IMG/VR virus record: IMGVR_UViG_3300034069_000691 | Coordinates: 1-46,968 of that record | Strand: one strand, 5' to 3' | DNA: 46,968 nt | Origin: a virus | Shown: positions 46,462 through 46,968 of the stretch, in pieces | How the letters are laid out: each line of letters opens with the position of its first letter | Position numbering within the stretch: the stretch's first letter is position 1 | The notes under the pieces: model-generated | What the model was told of the DNA's origin: nothing | What the model saw: the letters and a program-made list of their open reading frames with translations, nothing else | Databases searched by the model: none | Translations under genes and position numbers: made by a program

Positions 46462-46968
46462 GCCGCCACTGCCAGTCCGGTCCGCATGGGCCACTGCCCG
46501 TCGGGGAGGTCTTCGGTCTTCCCCTGCCGGATCAGGTACTGGCGGAACGAGGCCGCCTGCTCTGCTGCCCAGTCGATCTGCACGTCGTGCAGCTCGGGCA
46601 CGGTCATGGCGGCGATGCGCGGGTAGCGGCGGGCGATGGCCCACAGGACGCGGGCGGCTGCGAACGCGTCGGCGGTGGCGTCGTGGGCTCCGCCGTGCCG
46701 GACGCCGTAGTGCTCGCAGGCGGCGGTGAGGGTGCGCTTGCCCTTGCGGTACCGGTCGACGGCCTTGTCGATGACGAACGGGTCCAGGACGTGCATCCCG
46801 GTCGACATGGGCGGGGTGTGGTGTCGGACGGTCTCGTGGTGCAGGAGGGTGAGGTCGAAGCTGGCGTTGTAGGCCAGCACCGGGACGCCGTCGGTGACCG
46901 CGGAGGTGAGCGCGTCGACGATCTCGGTGACGCACTCGGCGGGTGGCCGGCCGTGGGTGATGGCTTGG
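46458..46968 (-). CDS. DnaQ-like 3'-5' exonuclease, C-terminal part (start codon at 339-341 after wrapping)
   Basis: ExoII is LAYNASFDL and ExoIII is GGAHDATADA. There is no start inside this end of the window. Confidence 0.85.
   Translation of the reverse strand, partial: QAITHGRPPAECVTEIVDALTSAVTDGVPVLAYNASFDLTLLHHETVRHHTPPMSTGMHVLDPFVIDKAVDRYRKGKRTLTAACEHYGVRHGGAHDATADAFAAARVLWAIARRYPRIAAMTVPELHDVQIDWAAEQAASFRQYLIRQGKTEDLPDGQWPMRTGLAVAA
46828..46968. repeat. Terminal direct repeat, identical to 1..141
   Basis: Base-by-base comparison of the window start and end. Confidence 0.95.

Larger units (their letters stand above)
1..46968. mobile_element. Complete temperate tailed-phage genome (siphovirus-type, actinobacterial-style high G+C), circularly closed; unit length 46,827 bp
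   Basis: Integrase, CI-like repressor, full packaging/head/tail/lysis modules and early genes are all present. There are no host flanks. The first 141 nt repeat the last 141 nt. Confidence 0.9.

Noticed and set aside
45784-46935. Long 5' extensions of many track ORFs, for example 383 aa here, and also 44298..45290, 44728..45702, 41279..42157, 38296..39315, 37266..38249, 25155..26855 and 13295..14758.
   Set aside because: The extensions are Arg/Pro-rich and overlap the upstream gene in another frame. Internal ATG/GTG starts that overlap the upstream stop (ATGA/GTGA) or follow an RBS give compact, motif-bearing proteins.

Overview
The window is one complete genome (about 46.8 kb) of a temperate, high-G+C siphovirus-type phage. 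It looks actinobacterial: it carries a WhiB gene, has strong GC3 codon bias, and its lysogeny genes look leaderless. The genome was assembled as a circle. Nt 1-141 are identical to nt 46828-46968, and a DnaQ-like exonuclease gene reads straight through that junction, giving a unit length of 46,827 bp.

About 85 tightly packed minus-strand genes form one continuous flow, very often joined by ATGA/GTGA start-stop overlaps. The order is:
- a Cro/Xis-like HTH gene (2083);
- early and nuclease genes, wrapping through the window ends;
- WhiB, a replication-organiser-like protein and many small Cys-rich proteins;
- a roughly 560-nt hairpin-rich non-coding region;
- terL;
- portal, MuF-like, protease/scaffold, DUF2190-like and major capsid genes;
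- connectors and the major tail protein;
- the tail chaperone with a -1 frameshift, then the tape measure;
- minor tail proteins;
- an M15 endolysin plus holin cassette;
- a second tail-fibre module with an 1110-aa LamG / beta-helix / LamG fibre.

Plus-strand genes occur in only two places:
- the lysogeny block: CI-like repressor, a 61-aa ORF, tyrosine integrase, attP-like direct repeats and a lipoprotein;
- a six-gene, lower-G+C cassette with its own TTGACA promoter. Together with an HNH endonuclease it splits terL from the portal gene (29325..31521).

I recognised no tRNA, rRNA, CRISPR array, reverse transcriptase, DNA polymerase, primase or helicase.

The items most worth follow-up are:
- the terL-portal island with its six unknown genes;
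- a quasi-palindromic CTGTC-N6-GACAG motif family found in intergenic control regions;
- the structured non-coding region and the TGA-interrupted reading frame upstream of terL;
- several sub-60-aa translationally coupled ORFs that the ORF track misses.

All functional calls come from motifs read in the translations. No database search was possible.
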